From Lama glama (lineage: Eukaryota), in assembly GCA_028534125.1 (NCBI GenBank), contig CM052852.1:94550001-94614000 (forward strand): a stretch of 64,000 bases of DNA, read 5' to 3'. The notes beneath the pieces are model-generated. The model made no database searches and was not told where the DNA came from. It saw nothing but the letters and a program-made list of their open reading frames with translations. Every line of letters starts with the position of its first letter. Positions within the stretch are counted from its first letter, which is position 1. The position numbers and the translations under genes are program-made. Shown here one piece after another: positions 1 to 12,999 of the stretch.

Positions 1-250
1 ATGATTACCAAAGGGGAAGGGGGAGGGATAAATTAGGAGTTTGAGATTAGCCAATACATACTATTACATATAAAAGAGATAAACAACAAGGACCTACTGT
101 ATAGCACAGGGAACTATACTCAGTATCTTGTAATAAACCTATAATGAAAAAGATAAAAAAGAATATATGTATATAACTGAATCACTGTGCTGTACACCAG
201 AAACTAACACATTATAAATCAACTATACTTCAAATAAATAAATAAATAAA
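1..250 (+). mobile_element. L1 3' UTR and A-rich tail (artiodactyl-type, 'family A'), cut by window start
   Basis: Motifs aaacaacaaggacctactgtatagcacaggga and ctgtacaccagaaactaacacattataaatcaactatacttc, then (AAAT)n tail; similar to copies at about 5.3, 6.8 and 14.5 kb. Confidence 0.92.
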
Positions 251-339
251 CAGGATTACTTAAGACTTAAAAAAAAAAGAATTCTGGTATAGGTGCTCCA
301 GGAGGGGTGCAGGGTGCTCTTGGCTAGGGGGCACAGTGG

Positions 340-660
340 TGCATGTTGAAAAGGAAGACAGAAGGCTCCATGGAAAGGACTGGAACTTAGCCTTGGCGGT
401 CCAGCAATCCTTTAACAGACAGAAGAAGGAGGAAGGATGTTTCTGGCAGATCAAGTAGCTAGAGCAAAGTCATGTTACCAGGAAATAGTGAAAAATGTTC
501 GGGGGACAGCAAGCAGGCTGGGTGGCCACTGTCAGACATATCCAATTTTGCTTTGATGTGAGGATACAAAGTAGGCAGCAGCAGATCACTGAGGACCATC
601 TTTTCCAAGCTAAAGAAAATAGACTTTATCTCATAGTCAATGGGGAGATACAAGAATAGC
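340..660 (-). mobile_element. Degenerate L2 fragment
   Basis: Purine-rich antisense L2-like phrases (gactttatctcatagtcaatgggga; gcagatcactgagg). Confidence 0.5.
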
Positions 661-959
661 TATGCTTTGACTGATGGACAGACCGCCTTGGGACAATAGC
701 CTGCCTGGTTGGGAATCTTTGGTTTGTAGGCACCAAGGATGGGAGAAAATGTCCTAAGGAAAACCGTATGGTCTATAGTCTAAAATTGTATAACTGTTTA
801 TCAAATTACAGAGGATATAGAAAGGATGTCAGCTGCATCCTGGAATATTCACATGAGAGGGGCTGGTCTGGGGTCAAACCTATGATATACATCTCCCTGG
901 CATAGACCAGTCACACAGAAGGGTTACAGTACAGGCACAGGTGAGAGGCCCTGAATGGG

Positions 960-1090
960 TGCAGTGGAAAGGGTAGAGGACAGGAAGACGGGTTAGGGTT
1001 CCAACTCCAGCTCTGCTGTGCAACTTTGGGCAACTCTCTTCTCCCCTGTAGGCCCATCTTCCCTGCTAAGTCCTTTTCATCCTAAAAATG
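960..1090 (+). mobile_element. MIR-family SINE fragment
   Basis: gcagtggaaag...gggttccaactccagctctgc...ctttgggcaa MIR head and core. Confidence 0.55.
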
Positions 1091-3639
1091 GTGTATGGTT
1101 TGATGGGCATCTTGGAGTAAACAGCTGAGTTATGGGGGAGGGCCCACCCCGAGGCTGCTGCTAGCCTTTGTGCAAATAAGAAAATAGGCACCCTTTTCAC
1201 TAGACATTTGACTTACATAAGTTGGAAAACTTGTCTAAGAAAGATATAATCTTTGTTATCCACTGAGGGAAGGGCATCCCCTAGGGTGGTGTAATATACA
1301 ATCTGCACAACTGCCCAGCAACCCTGGACCTACGTGGTGTTCGTGTCAGAAATCAGGGGCTGGGAAGGCCATGAGTCTGGCCCAGTGAGGCATATCTTCC
1401 TGGTCCAGGACCAGTGAGGAAGAATGCAGCTTTCGAGATGAGCAAAGTAGATTAGAAGAGCCTGCCATTAAGCAAGAACCAGCATGCATCCCACCAACAG
1501 AGAGGCGGCGGCAGTCCTGCAGCCACCTCCTCTTCGTGGGTACAGCAAGGCTTCAGAGCGGCCCCAGCCAGAGACTATAGTCGGATATGGAGTTGGGCTG
1601 GAGAAGGGAGGGCGTGTGGATCAGATGGCTGGCCCAGTTGCCACACGAGATACTAAAGGGATACCTTTCTGTCATGGCCCCTTTGCAGATGATGACAAGT
1701 ACTTGACCAGGTCCTCTCAGGTCAGACCTCTCAAGGCCATTCCAAAGAGGCCCTATTCTGTGGAGACTACCTCAGACATCTCAGATGCCCGGAAAGAGCA
1801 AGCAACAGTGGACTTGGCACCGGAGTCCCCTGAATATTTTGAAGAACTGGTGTTTATTCCTCTAAAAATAAAATCTCCATAGCACACGATGGGTGCATTT
1901 ATCTGGGACTGACTTATTTACCAGCAACTAAAACATGAAATTAGCTGCTCTCTAAAGGCAACTTAGTCCTTTCCTGCCTGACGCTTTAATAAATCATCCC
2001 AATCCAGCAGGTCGGGAGGCCCTGGGGGACGGCACCACATTTGCTTTCCATATTCTCACATTCTGCATGAACAAGCGTTTTTCACTTAGGGCCTGTGGCG
2101 ATCCCCGTGAGACGTCTGCGTGACCCTATGCTTTCTAGTTTCTGGGGGCCTGGCCATGTGTTTGCGTTGGCTGACTCAACAGGAAACTTTCTTTCACTTT
2201 TTTTTTGGTTTCCAAATTTAAAGTCCTGGGAATGTTTTAGAAACAGGCCCCTGACCAGGACAATGTTTCTACTGTAACAGAACATAACGGGGACAATTCT
2301 CAGGAGCATAATCCTTCTTCCCCAGCCACGCTTTTGAAGAGGGCAAAAGAGACTTGCTTTGGATGCTTACATTTCTCTCCATTCCCCAGCTGCGGTGAGA
2401 AATGTGAGCCGGCACCAAATACTCTCCTCTTAGGTTGACAATCCAGGAACCCCCAAAGATGCCATTTTTTTTCCTGCCAAACATTAAATCCAGGAGCTGC
2501 TAGGAGAAAGAAGGACTTAGCATGGTCCGGCCCTGAGGATGGGAGGAGCTGCGGCTTCTCTTCCATGACGGTTCATTGATGGTGGTGGGGATGCGGATGG
2601 TGGTGGAGGTGGTCACACTAAGGCCAGAGGGGCCTTTCTTGTGGGCTGAGGGGGTAGGGGAGGATCTATCTGTGAGCCTTAGCGATCCAACAGGAAATGT
2701 AGGCAATGTAGAATCCATCCTGGAACTCTCAAAGCCTTGAGTTCAAGAGCAGGTGTAGCTCTCCTGTAAGTAGCTTGCTCTGCAATGGAAGGGAAGCACT
2801 TGAGATCACAGGTACGTCCGGAGAATTTTAAAAGCCAATAAAGCATGAAGGCGAAAGGTCTTTGGCTTCCTTGTTTCCTAGTCTTAGGGCAGCACTGCGA
2901 TAGCTGATTGACTAATTGAACTGGAAGTTCCTTATTAGGCGTTTGTATTTTCTTCTATTTGTATGCTTTAAAAAAAAAATGAGGACCCCTGTTGCCAGGA
3001 TCTGGGAATGAGGCAGCCCATTAACGGTTATGATCTTAGAGGGCATTCTTCTTAATTTTTAAAAACGAATTACTAGATCCCTTGTCACGCCTTCAATAAA
3101 AACTTCACAAATCAAATCACCACTCATCTCATTTGATAGCTATTTCCACTCTTTACCCCAACAAGGAAGCCCAAAGGAAGCTTGAAATGTCACTGTTTGC
3201 TTCCAGGGCATGAAGGAAATATAAAAGTGAGACCGTTACCCCACATTTTGTCCTTTTTTTTTCAAAATAGATTAATTCTTGGTGATATTCTTAATGGAAA
3301 TGAAGAGACTAAAACGAGCTTTAGCATTTTCTCATGAAGTTAAGAAAGTGAAGGAAAATGTCAGAGTGCACACTCTAGCTGGAGCCCCAAAGAGAGAGAG
3401 GGAGACAGAGATGGAGAGGTGAGTCCTTGGGCCTCAGAGCCTCAGTTGTTTCACTGTAAAATGGGGATATTAATTCAGGTGGGTGGGGGTATGACTAAAG
3501 CCGATGTATGGTGCCCTGACCCAGGGGCAGCCTAATCCATTCACCTGCTCCAAAGGAGCTATCTGAGGCAACAAATGGGACATCCTAAACACCCTCTCAA
3601 GTCCTTTATGTAACCAGCTGAGAAACAAACAAAAACATC

Positions 3640-4035
3640 CCCTGGTTAATGCTTCACACAGATACATTAGAGGAGGAGATACTATGATTGTTCCCATTTT
3701 ATGACTAAGGAAACTAAGGCTGAAGCAAGTTAACTAATTTGCCCAAGATCACACAGTTAGTAACAAGAAAATGCGTACTTCTAAGCCACCCAGGACTGTG
3801 GATGTCAGACTCCATGTTCTTTCCTATAATCCACTTTCCCCAGAACTAGTATGACTGAAATTTTCAATGGCATCATTGAATCATAGAGGTATCGCAACTG
3901 GAAGGGGTCTCAGGAGATGATCTAAGCCCTCCATCTCTCTTCACGAATGAGAACATTGAAGTTCCACATTTGATAAGTGGTTTGACCCAGGACACACAGA
4001 AAATGACTGGGAGAGCTGGAACAAGACCCAGAGCA
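3640..4035 (-). mobile_element. Two MIR fragments
   Basis: cccatttt...aggaaactaaggctga...ttgcccaagatcacacag, and gaatcatagag...ctggaagggg...atgagaac...ccaggacacacag. Confidence 0.75.
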
Positions 4036-4149
4036 TGCAAGCCGAGGAGGGACCCTCTCTAGGAAAACGCCCCTCCTCCCCAGGGCCGCACTGCTCAGAA
4101 GATTATGGTCTAGGCTCCTGCCACCTGGGCCAAGGCTGGTCCTCCTCTA

Positions 4150-4605
4150 GCAGGGGTGCTTGAGCTGCAAACTGGAAACCTGGATTGGATGAAAGTTACA
4201 CTGTTAGTTTCACCAACTTCTAAGTAGAATTTAGAATCTCCCCCAATGAATGAATGTGGGTAATAAGCCACAGTAGTAGTAGTCACAGTCAGTACTTGTC
4301 ACATGTCACCAAGAGAAATTACAGATATTTGCAAATCACTTTCGAGTTGTTGAAGGTATCTCAAAATGTCATTTATGACTCTTGAATTACAGTCATTGTT
4401 CAAAACGCCTTGATAAGGAAGTACATAAGCTACTGTATCACAAATGTGTTTGTTAAAACATTTTATGACTATGGTTCAGTATTATTGATTCCCTTTCTAA
4501 TGTCATGCGTTTTATACATTTAAAGGCCTTTCTGATACAGGCCTATAGGCTGCAGCAGACCACTGAGGGGGCCAGGGCACAGCCAGGTTAGGATCTTCAG
4601 CCCCA
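4150..4605. mobile_element. hAT-Charlie DNA transposon relic (Charlie4-like)
   Basis: caggggt start, internal agaaattacagatattt...atctcaaaatgtcatttatg, end resembling the Charlie terminus (ataggct...ggggccagggcacagccaggttagg); subfamily uncertain. Confidence 0.5.
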
Positions 4606-4815
4606 CAATAAATGGCACTCTTAGTCTCAGCAAGGCCGACCTCCAAGGCTGAACAGTTCAGCACAAACTCATCACCAAAGCAGCACAACTCAGAACCATG
4701 CTGAAACAGCAGGCCACTCGTGGGCTCGGCTCAAGGAAGGAGAAGCATCAATGCTGAAGGAACTGGAATCATATCATCTGTCAATACCAAACTTCACACA
4801 AATGTTCAGTCCCTT

Positions 4816-5555
4816 NNNNNNNNNNNNNNNNNNNNNNNNNNNNNNNNNNNNNNNNNNNNNNNNNNNNNNNNNNNNNNNNNNNNNNNNNNNNNNNNNNNNN
4901 NNNNNNNNNNNNNNNNNNNNNNNNNNNNNNNNNNNNNNNNNNNNNNNNNNNNNNNNNNNNNNNNNNNNNNNNNNATTTGAAAAGATACATGCACCTCAAT
5001 GTTTACAGCAGCACTATTTGTAATAGCCAAGATGTGGAAGCAACCTAAATATCCATCGACAGATGAATGGATAAAGAAATTGTTGTATCTGTATACAATG
5101 GAATATTACTCGGCCATAAAAAGGAATAAAATAATGCCATTTGCAGCAACATGGATGGACCTAGAGATGATCATACTAATGAAGTAAGTCAGACAGAGGA
5201 GAAACATCATATGACATCACTTATGTGTGGAATCTAAAAACATGACACAAATGAACTTATTTACAAAACAGAAACACACTCACAAACATAGAAAACAAAC
5301 TTATGGTTACCAAAGGGGAAAGGGGATGAAGAATAAGTGAGGGATTTAGGATTAACAGATACACACTACTATGTATAAATTAGATAAACAACAAGGACCT
5401 ACTGTATAGTACAGGGGAGTACATTCACTATGTTGCAGTAGCCTATAATGAAAAAGAATATGAAAATGAATATATGCATGTATGTGTATGACTAAAACAT
5501 TATGCTGTACACCAGAAACTAATAGAATGTTGTAAATCAACTACATTTCAATAAA
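4816..5555 (+). mobile_element. 5'-truncated L1 (ORF2 C-terminus plus 3' UTR, family A) with TSD
   Basis: ORF relic MFTAALFVIAKMWKQPKYPSTDEWIKKLLYLYTMEYYSAIK matches the L1 ORF2p C-terminus; TSD aaatgttcagtcc(c/t)tt at 4800-4815 and 5556-5571; first 159 nt are N. Confidence 0.93.
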
Positions 5556-6229
5556 AAATGTTCAGTCCTTTCTTGGTAACCCCACAGGGGGTTTGCTACA
5601 TGATCTCCTAGGCTGTGTCATTGCCCTGTGTAGACTTGAGTCCTGTCCCTCAGTGGGCCAGGAAAAGGAAATACCTGATTTTACATTCTAGCAAGAAATG
5701 ATTTTTCCTGAAATTGTGCAAAGAGCATGACATCAAAATAACTTGTCAAATACAGATTAGTCTATGCCCTGTAAAACCTTTCAACCAGTGTTGGACACTG
5801 GGAGTCGGTGGGGGAAATGCACCTAACTCTGGATACGCGAAGAGCCCTCCTCACTTGCATCGTCACTCTGCCCCTTACTGCCCGCTCCCTTCCACTTCGC
5901 TGAGTCTGCGCCCACTGCAGCTGGTCACACTGGGAGGGAATGGGGGCGTTGCCCTGGGGTGAGCTTAAAACTGAAAAATGTGTATTCTCCCTAATCTCCC
6001 TTCCTCTTCAAATGTTTATTTTTAATCCAAGAAATAATGGTTTGTTCACACATTAAATCAGCACGTGGATTCCTATTGTACCAGGATCTGTATTTATATA
6101 CATAATTTCCTCATCTGGACAGAAAACACTATAATTTTCATATGAGAGAAATTCCCACAGAGTGAGGATGTAGCAATAGTCCCTGTAAAGTAAAGGAGTG
6201 GCCATGTGTCACGTGCTGCACCAGTACTT

Positions 6230-6420
6230 CACCCTTTACACAGAACTTCACAAACATCACCCCCGTAACTCTCCATGATGCCATCTGGCAGGGGGTATTA
6301 TGTCCTCTTTAGGTAGACAAAGAGATAATGTCACATGCCTTGCCCAAGGTCACATGGATAGCCAGAAGCAGAGCTAGCACGTGGACTTGGATCTCTCAGC
6401 ACGGCTCTTCATGCCACCCA
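6230..6420 (-). mobile_element. MIR
   Basis: gccttgcccaaggtcacatggatagccagaagcagagct core. Confidence 0.7.
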
Positions 6421-6471
6421 ATGGCTCCAGTTTATTTGTACTCTTAAGATAGCGCTGGTGAGAGGACAGCA

Positions 6472-6998
6472 ACCTTAATGTCCATTGACAGATGATTGGA
6501 TAAAGAAGATGTGATTCACACACACACACACACACACACACTGAAATATTACTCAACCATAAAAAAGATTGAAATAATACAATTTGCAGCAACATGGGTG
6601 GACCTAGAGATTATCATACTAAGTGAAGTTAGTCAGAGAAAGACAAATATCATATGATATCACTTATATGTGGAAGCTAAAAAAATGACACATGTGAACT
6701 TACTTACAAACCAGAAACAGACTCACAGACATAGAAAACAAACTTGCAGTTACCAAAGGGCAAAGAGGGGGAGGGGTAAATAGAGTTTGTAAGTTTGGGA
6801 TTAACAGATAGAAAGTACCATATATAAAATAGATAAACAACAAGGACCTACTGTATAGCACAGGGGACTCTATTCAATATCTTGTAATAACCTATGATGA
6901 AAAAGAATATATTTATATCTGTATAACTGAATCACTATGCTGTACACCAGAAATTAACACAACATTGTGAAGCAACTATACTTCAATTTAAAAAAAAA
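6472..6998 (+). mobile_element. 5'-truncated L1 3' end (family A) with internal (CA)12 and long imperfect TSD
   Basis: L1 3' motifs and A tail; flanking repeat aagatagcgctggtgagaggacagca (6446-6471) vs aggacagtgctggtgcgaggacagca (6999-7024); CA repeat at 6517-6540. Confidence 0.93.
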
Positions 6999-7518
6999 AG
7001 GACAGTGCTGGTGCGAGGACAGCACCAACAGCCCTGTCTCACCAGTGGACGGCGTTCTCTTCCAAAGCCCCAGATGCTAAGAGAGACCTGGAAATCAGTT
7101 CTTCCTGCTATTGGGTGTCAGCTTTACCCCTTTTCCCTCTCTCAAATTGAACACAGATGGAGGATCCTAATGAGCCAATGAAGGCTGAGGGACGAGGAGC
7201 GATCCTGCCCCAGCTGCAGATCCTTTTGGAGGGAAGAGAGCTAACTTTTCCTCCTCAGACACAACTCTGCCAACCAGCAACAGAGTGTGTCTTCCCATTC
7301 CAAGATTTCTAGCACACAGAGTCACTGGGATCTCCGACGGGCAAAGTCAGCTGGACAGGATTCTAAGAATTTCCCACTTGGAAGCACAGAAAATGAGCAA
7401 CAGAGGAATGAAGGGATGGATCACTTAAAGGTCTGTGACAAACTTTCTCTCTGGATGTAACTGTGGTTCCCACGGCAGTCTGATGGGAGATGTCCAGAAT
7501 ACACCTGTAAATACTCAC

Positions 7519-7737
7519 CCACTGGTGCAATTATGGGAGTGACTGACCATCTGTCACTCGGGGAAACAACTGCCTAATTGCATCCTTAACTGAGTACTTG
7601 CAGATGTGTTCAATACGTGCAAAAGAGAAGGCCACTTGGAGCCATGACCAAGGGCCTCATTATCACATTAACAAATCCTTCTCCAACAGCCAAGAGGAGG
7701 CCTACAGGCCAGCAGCGTTCCCCCAGAGTGGCCCATG
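7519..7737 (-). other. Candidate exon (unidentified transcript)
   Basis: Minus-strand acceptor gctctttttctctctcattctgttcctccctgtccag| with a long AG-free pyrimidine tract; possible donor TGG|GTGAGT at 7519; no recognisable protein. Confidence 0.3.
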
Positions 7738-8239
7738 CTGGACAGGGAGGAACAGAATGAGAGAGAAAAAGAGCAAGCTATGTTCTCCTTCAAGGAGCCA
7801 GGCTTCTGGCGTATTCGGTCTCAACCAGGCACACTTTCTGCAAGAGAAGTGGCCCAAAGGGTTTGGCTGGGGAAGAAGAAGGGAGGGCAGCTGGCTCCCC
7901 ATGTCCTCAGACCTGGCATGAGACAATAACACCGGTCCAACACGTGTAAAGTTCGGTCAGACCCCCCAGCGCAGCTCCGCCTTCATTACCGAGGCATCAC
8001 ACTGATCGAAACGTGGCCACTGCTCTGAATTGCTAGATCCACCCACAGAGCTGCCTGAGAGCACGTGATGCTTAACGGTGACGCCACGGCCCATAAGTTG
8101 GCTCAGAAGATCTCTTCTTTCCTTTTACGGTCACTGAAGGAACTGCACAAGGGCTTCACTGGCCTATGTCTCTCAGCACCGTGATAATACTTAGCTGTTG
8201 GTCAGACAGCTGCTGGCTGCCCCACCTGACAAATCAGAC

Positions 8240-8390
8240 ACTCGAGAAATGCCAGAGCTGGGAGGGCCTTTGGCAAGCTTGGAGGCCCACCCTCATTTAT
8301 TTTGCAGATGAGAAAGTAGAGAAGAAGCTTGTCTGAGGTCACACAGAAAGTTAGGGGCAGAACTGAGACTAGAATCCAGGCTTCCTGGGG
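8240..8390 (-). mobile_element. MIR
   Basis: attttgcagatgagaaa...ctgaggtcacacagaaagttaggggcagaactgagactagaatccagg. Confidence 0.8.
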
Positions 8391-8845
8391 CAGGGGCTGG
8401 GACACCACCTGCTCACCAGTTGCCGTTTAATATTCATGCACATAAATGACCCCTGGCAGTAAATGCTAAGGGGGATGGAGCCTTGACAGAGCCAAGACAT
8501 GTCACTTCTGGTATTTGGCAGCTGGAATTTTCTGGTACCTGTGTTGGCCCAAAGATTTCCTCCAGTTAATGGCACTGGAAATCTGCATAAATGAGTGGTG
8601 ATTATAGACGGCAGAATCCCGTGGCAGGCAAAGCCATAAACACCGAGAACAACCTTCTCTAGGTGTAAATATGAAAGCTCCTCTGGGAACATCTCCGAAG
8701 GAAGAGTGTTTCTATGACACTGACTTAAAGCCAGAATTACATTATTCACAGCTATACAAGCGTGGACTAATAAACAACACATAGGATGAAACGGTGCAGT
8801 ATGAGAAAGCATCATCCTGTACCTCCAGCATCTCCCCACTCTTAC

Positions 8846-9015
8846 CTTCGTTATTTAATNNNNNNNNNNNNNNNNNNNNNNNNNNNNNNNNNNNNNNNNN
8901 NNNNNNNNNNNNNNNNNNNNNNNNNNNNNNNNNNNNNNNNNNNNNNNNNNNNNNNNNNNNNNNNNNNNNNNNNNNNNNNNNNNNNNNNNNNNNNNNNNNN
9001 NNNNNNNNNNNNNNN
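8846..9015 (-). other. Candidate exon, mostly hidden by N-run 8860-9015
   Basis: Minus-strand donor GAAG|GTAAGAGT at 8846, 14 nt from the N-run; acceptor not visible. Confidence 0.25.
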
Positions 9016-9789
9016 CCAGATGTGATCTCATCATTTATCCACTGACACATCAAACCTGCTGAGTGCCCTGCACACTGACCTCCTCCCCACGTTTGCTTTC
9101 ATGCTCTTAAAGTTATAGCACGGCTCCCTTCGATGAGAAGACAAGAGAATTGCTGTTTAGGGAGACTTGGTGGCGGGAGGGAGGCAATCGAACTTCAGTA
9201 ATAAAAAATTTAATTGCTCGGCTACAATTTGAAAACGATATCCAGGTGGAAAACTGACCCAGTACTTTTCCCCTAAACCATTGCCTCCCGCTTGCCCTCC
9301 AAACAGGGCTGCATGCCTCAGATTTGGAATGTGCAGGATCTGAATAAACGGAATTGAGCAGGCACTGAATCATTTCCCCTTTCTCCTAGTGATTTGTCAC
9401 CGTAATAAGCATTCTGAGGGTGACAGACCTTTTATTACTATACACTGTTAAGCAGGAAGGAGGCTGCAACGTATTCTTCGTGCTCTTTAGGGAAAATAAT
9501 TATCCCATGCAGGCATTTAAAAAAATATATCGATTTAACAGAAAGAGTGATATTTAAACCCAAATGCTTATTTAGTGCAAAATATGAAACATGGTTATGT
9601 TTGTACTGGAGAGGATAATGGTGACATTCTGTGGCACCATAGTCCATGAGATGCAATCCACACGTTCCCAGCCACCTCCCTACATATTTTTTGGTGAGGA
9701 AGAGGAAGGGGGGGGGTTCTCCCTGGAGGAGCCCCTCTATGATGCCCATTCTATGTACAGTATCTATAAGTACTGGTCCTACCATCTAA

Positions 9790-9930
9790 TATTGGAAGAG
9801 CACATTATTATGTGCCAAACAATGTTATATCCATCATCCCTTCTGATCCGCACAACAGCCCTGTGAGGGCTTCAGGGCGGATGTTATTCAGCCCATTTTC
9901 CAGAGGAGAACACTGAGTTCCCGAGAGACA
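9790..9930 (-). mobile_element. MIR
   Basis: cacaacagccctgtgagg...gcccattttccagaggagaacactgag. Confidence 0.75.
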
Positions 9931-10544
9931 GACACAAGGATACCAGAAGTGTACACAGAAATGGCACTGTTGCCAGGATTTCCAAATTTAGGGGAGAAAA
10001 GCGTATTACATGGGGCATATTTATGCAAAAGAATTCATTCTTTATTTGAAATAAACCGGACATGGTATATTCTATCTGACCACCCTAAGTTGTAAACCCC
10101 ACTATGGGCTGCCAGAATGAGAAGTCCTAACCTCTTCTTGCCCCCACCAGAAAAGAAATATAGGACTTCCTTAAGAAAGCATGGGTGACTTGCCTACAGT
10201 CCCATGGCCAGTAAATGGCAGAGTTGGGAATTCAGGTCATTTCTGTGACTTCTCAGCTGAGTAATTTAGAATTCTCCCTGGCTTCCCCTCCTTCCACCCA
10301 AGACCAGAAGCAGGAGAGCTGGCACAGGCTGAGACAGGATTGCAGGACGCTCAGCCCAACTAGGTGGGAAACAGTTCTCTTAGGCCTGTGAAGTCCCTGC
10401 GCACAGGGGGATGCAACGATCCAAAGACCACCTTTGTCTAGCATCCCCCACACTTAACCCAGTAGGGCATCATCTGCATGCAACCCAGCGCAACAAGCAG
10501 AGTACCCAAGTGGCTGGTTCTCTTAAAGGGGGCACCAGAAAATA

Positions 10545-10800
10545 CGTTCAGTCTCACTAAGAAGTACAGAAACATACATCAGCGCAGTGCAATACCATTT
10601 TCTGCTGAGCGCATCAGCAAAACATAAGGCTGTGATGTACCCAGTGCTGGTGCAGGTGACGGGAAACCAGCCTCTCATCCAGTGTTAGTGAAAGTGTAAA
10701 TACGTGCTATCTTTCAAGGGATTGGTTTGGCACTATCTATGGCAATTTAAAATTCACATACCCTCTGGCCCAGCAATTTCACACTCCTGGAAATTAACTT
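10545..10800 (+). mobile_element. Ancient L1 (L1ME-like) ORF2-end fragment
   Basis: aataccatttt...gtgtaaat...tttggcactatctat...aaaattcacataccctctggcccagcaatttcacactcctggaaatt. Confidence 0.65.
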
Positions 10801-10899
10801 GCCCACACAGAGGCTTACACAGTCCCGCCCTATCCATTGGCCGTAGGGCCTGACTAGACACATTCAACATGACCTTGTTCATCCCAAGAATAAGAACAC

Positions 10900-11120
10900 C
10901 CACCATTAGCAGCAGGCACTGGGCCAAGTTCTCCAAGCGCGTTTACTTCATTTAATCCCACAAAGTCAATATCGGCATTAACCCCGTTATACTCAATGTG
11001 GAAACTGACACTTGAAGAGATTTACAGCTCACTTCGGATCACACAGTTTGTAAGCAGAAGAGCAGGGATCTGAACCCAAATCAGCTTTACACTGAAGCCT
11101 GCTCTTTCACCCCTTTGCAC
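10900..11120 (-). mobile_element. MIR
   Basis: caggcactgggccaag...tcatttaatcccaca...gaaactga...ggatctgaaccca. Confidence 0.75.
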
Positions 11121-11829
11121 ACTGAAGCTCAGAGAGAGAGCAAGGAGGGAGCCATGGCAAGAGGCTCCCAGGAAAGCTGGAAATAGCTGTTCCTCTCCCT
11201 GGTTGGACTGTGGTATTTTCTGTTATGGTTCAGCTGCTCAAACTTCCAGACCGAGTCATTAACAGGTAGAGGAAATCCGCATGGAATTCGAGGTCCCCAG
11301 TGAACCTCCTGAGGTAAAGAGTACAAATGAATGAGTGCATCAGTAAGAGATTTCTGCTCACTAAAGGAACCCATTTCTTCAATTTCAATCAAATGTATAA
11401 CAATTTTTTTTTTATTTAAAAAATGTTGTAGTCAAGTCATTTCATCAAAAGCAAATGACAGCTTGATGGTATAAATGGTAAATTTCGAGGTGTCTGCTTG
11501 AGGAGACAGCGAAGACACTCCGAAGGGCTGACAGTACTGCAAAGTGATCTGGAAAAACATTATTTAAAAAAATGTTCCGGTTACATGCCTAACCCTAAAG
11601 GTAAGAAAGATACTATCTTGTTAGGTTGGTTTGTTACTTGGTGAAATAAAAGATGAATGGCTTAAACAAGCAAGCATTGAAGCATTTCAACTCTCCTCCC
11701 CAGAAAAAAAAAAAAAGAAAAATGGTTATTGTGTACCCACAGGATGCCCAGAAGACACTGTGGTAGGCCTATGCCCCTACCAGCCTGTCCTAGTCCTGAT
11801 CTGAATCACGTCCTAAACTGCAGATCGAA

Positions 11830-12040
11830 GCAACATGGCAGAGTACAAAGGGCTTTAGTCTAGTACTCATATTAGAGATTGACTGGTCAGATGTTGAGCA
11901 AGTGCCTTTGCCCCTCCAAATGTCAATCTCCTAATCTCTAGCACGGGAATAATAATGCCTGTCTTATACCTCACAGGGCCATTACTCTGTTAAAAGCAGA
12001 ATTAACAGGAATGTAAGCGTGTTGACAACGGTAAAAGCAT
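11830..12040 (+). mobile_element. MIR
   Basis: ttgagcaagtgcctttgcccctc...gggaataataatgcctgtcttatacctcacaggg. Confidence 0.65.
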
Positions 12041-12489
12041 AACATGGTCCTGGTGTTGGAGTCGTGAGACCGGTGCTAGAGGGGACATTAAGGGTGTGTG
12101 TAAGGGCTAGGTGGGCTGGCCTTGTGACTTTGAAGACGTCACTTCAGCACTCACAGGACTTCTTAGGTAGGGGGAAAACAGAAGGCCAGCTTGGCTATTA
12201 TTCCGTTGAAAACACATGTAAGACCTGGGATGTGAACTTTGTAAAAATAACGATTTCAGCCTTGAATGACTACGTCCTCAGAAAAAAATGACCTGAGAGC
12301 TAAAAATGCCACGGGTTGCAGAGGATGTCATTTATGAGTGGTGGCTGGCTCACGTACAAGGATTCCTTGGGCTGCCTTGAAGGCTGGAGTGTCATGTGTT
12401 AACTGCTCCTACTCGAATGGTCCCCTTCTACCCAAATGTCCATGGAGAGTCTCTTTGGATGACCATCGTTACATTGCTATAATTTTCTT

Positions 12490-12870
12490 TTCATGTGTTG
12501 TAAATGGAGTATAATTGAGATACCATAAACTACACTCTATTTTTGAGTGTATAAAACTGCTTTGCCTGTTGCAATGCGTTTACAGTATATCTGCTTCACC
12601 TGTTGAGTCGCCTTTCTGTGCCCATTTCCTCGTCGTAGATTTCTATGTCTTTCTGTGTAGCCTGCTCAGGGATGCTCTGTGCTTTGCAGTTGTCTCCTTT
12701 GTATTTAGCTTTTCATTTGTTTTCACTCTGGTTTGTGTAAAATAGAAGCATTTTTTGCACACATATCTACTTCATCAGTTTACAAATTTTTTTGTCGTCT
12801 CTCTAATAATATTTTTGAGCTATCTGTAATCTCTGAATATCCACATCATTTCATCTACCATTAAAACATA
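12490..12870 (-). mobile_element. Old L1 antisense fragments
   Basis: ggagtataattgagataccataaactacactct (reverse complement of an L1M 3' end) followed by T-rich ORF2-like remnants. Confidence 0.5.
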
Positions 12871-12999
12871 TAACCATTGTTCAACCACACATTGAATTTC
12901 CCCAACTGAGTAGATCTTCTTTAGGAAATAATGTAAGTAACAAACCACTAGTGTAATCACTGAAGAATATAAGAATTTAGCTATGACACTTTAATTTTT

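Noticed and set aside
1484-1882. 132-aa plus-strand ORF
   Set aside because: No recognisable domain, no processed-pseudogene hallmarks (tail, TSD), and length is within chance for 64 kb.
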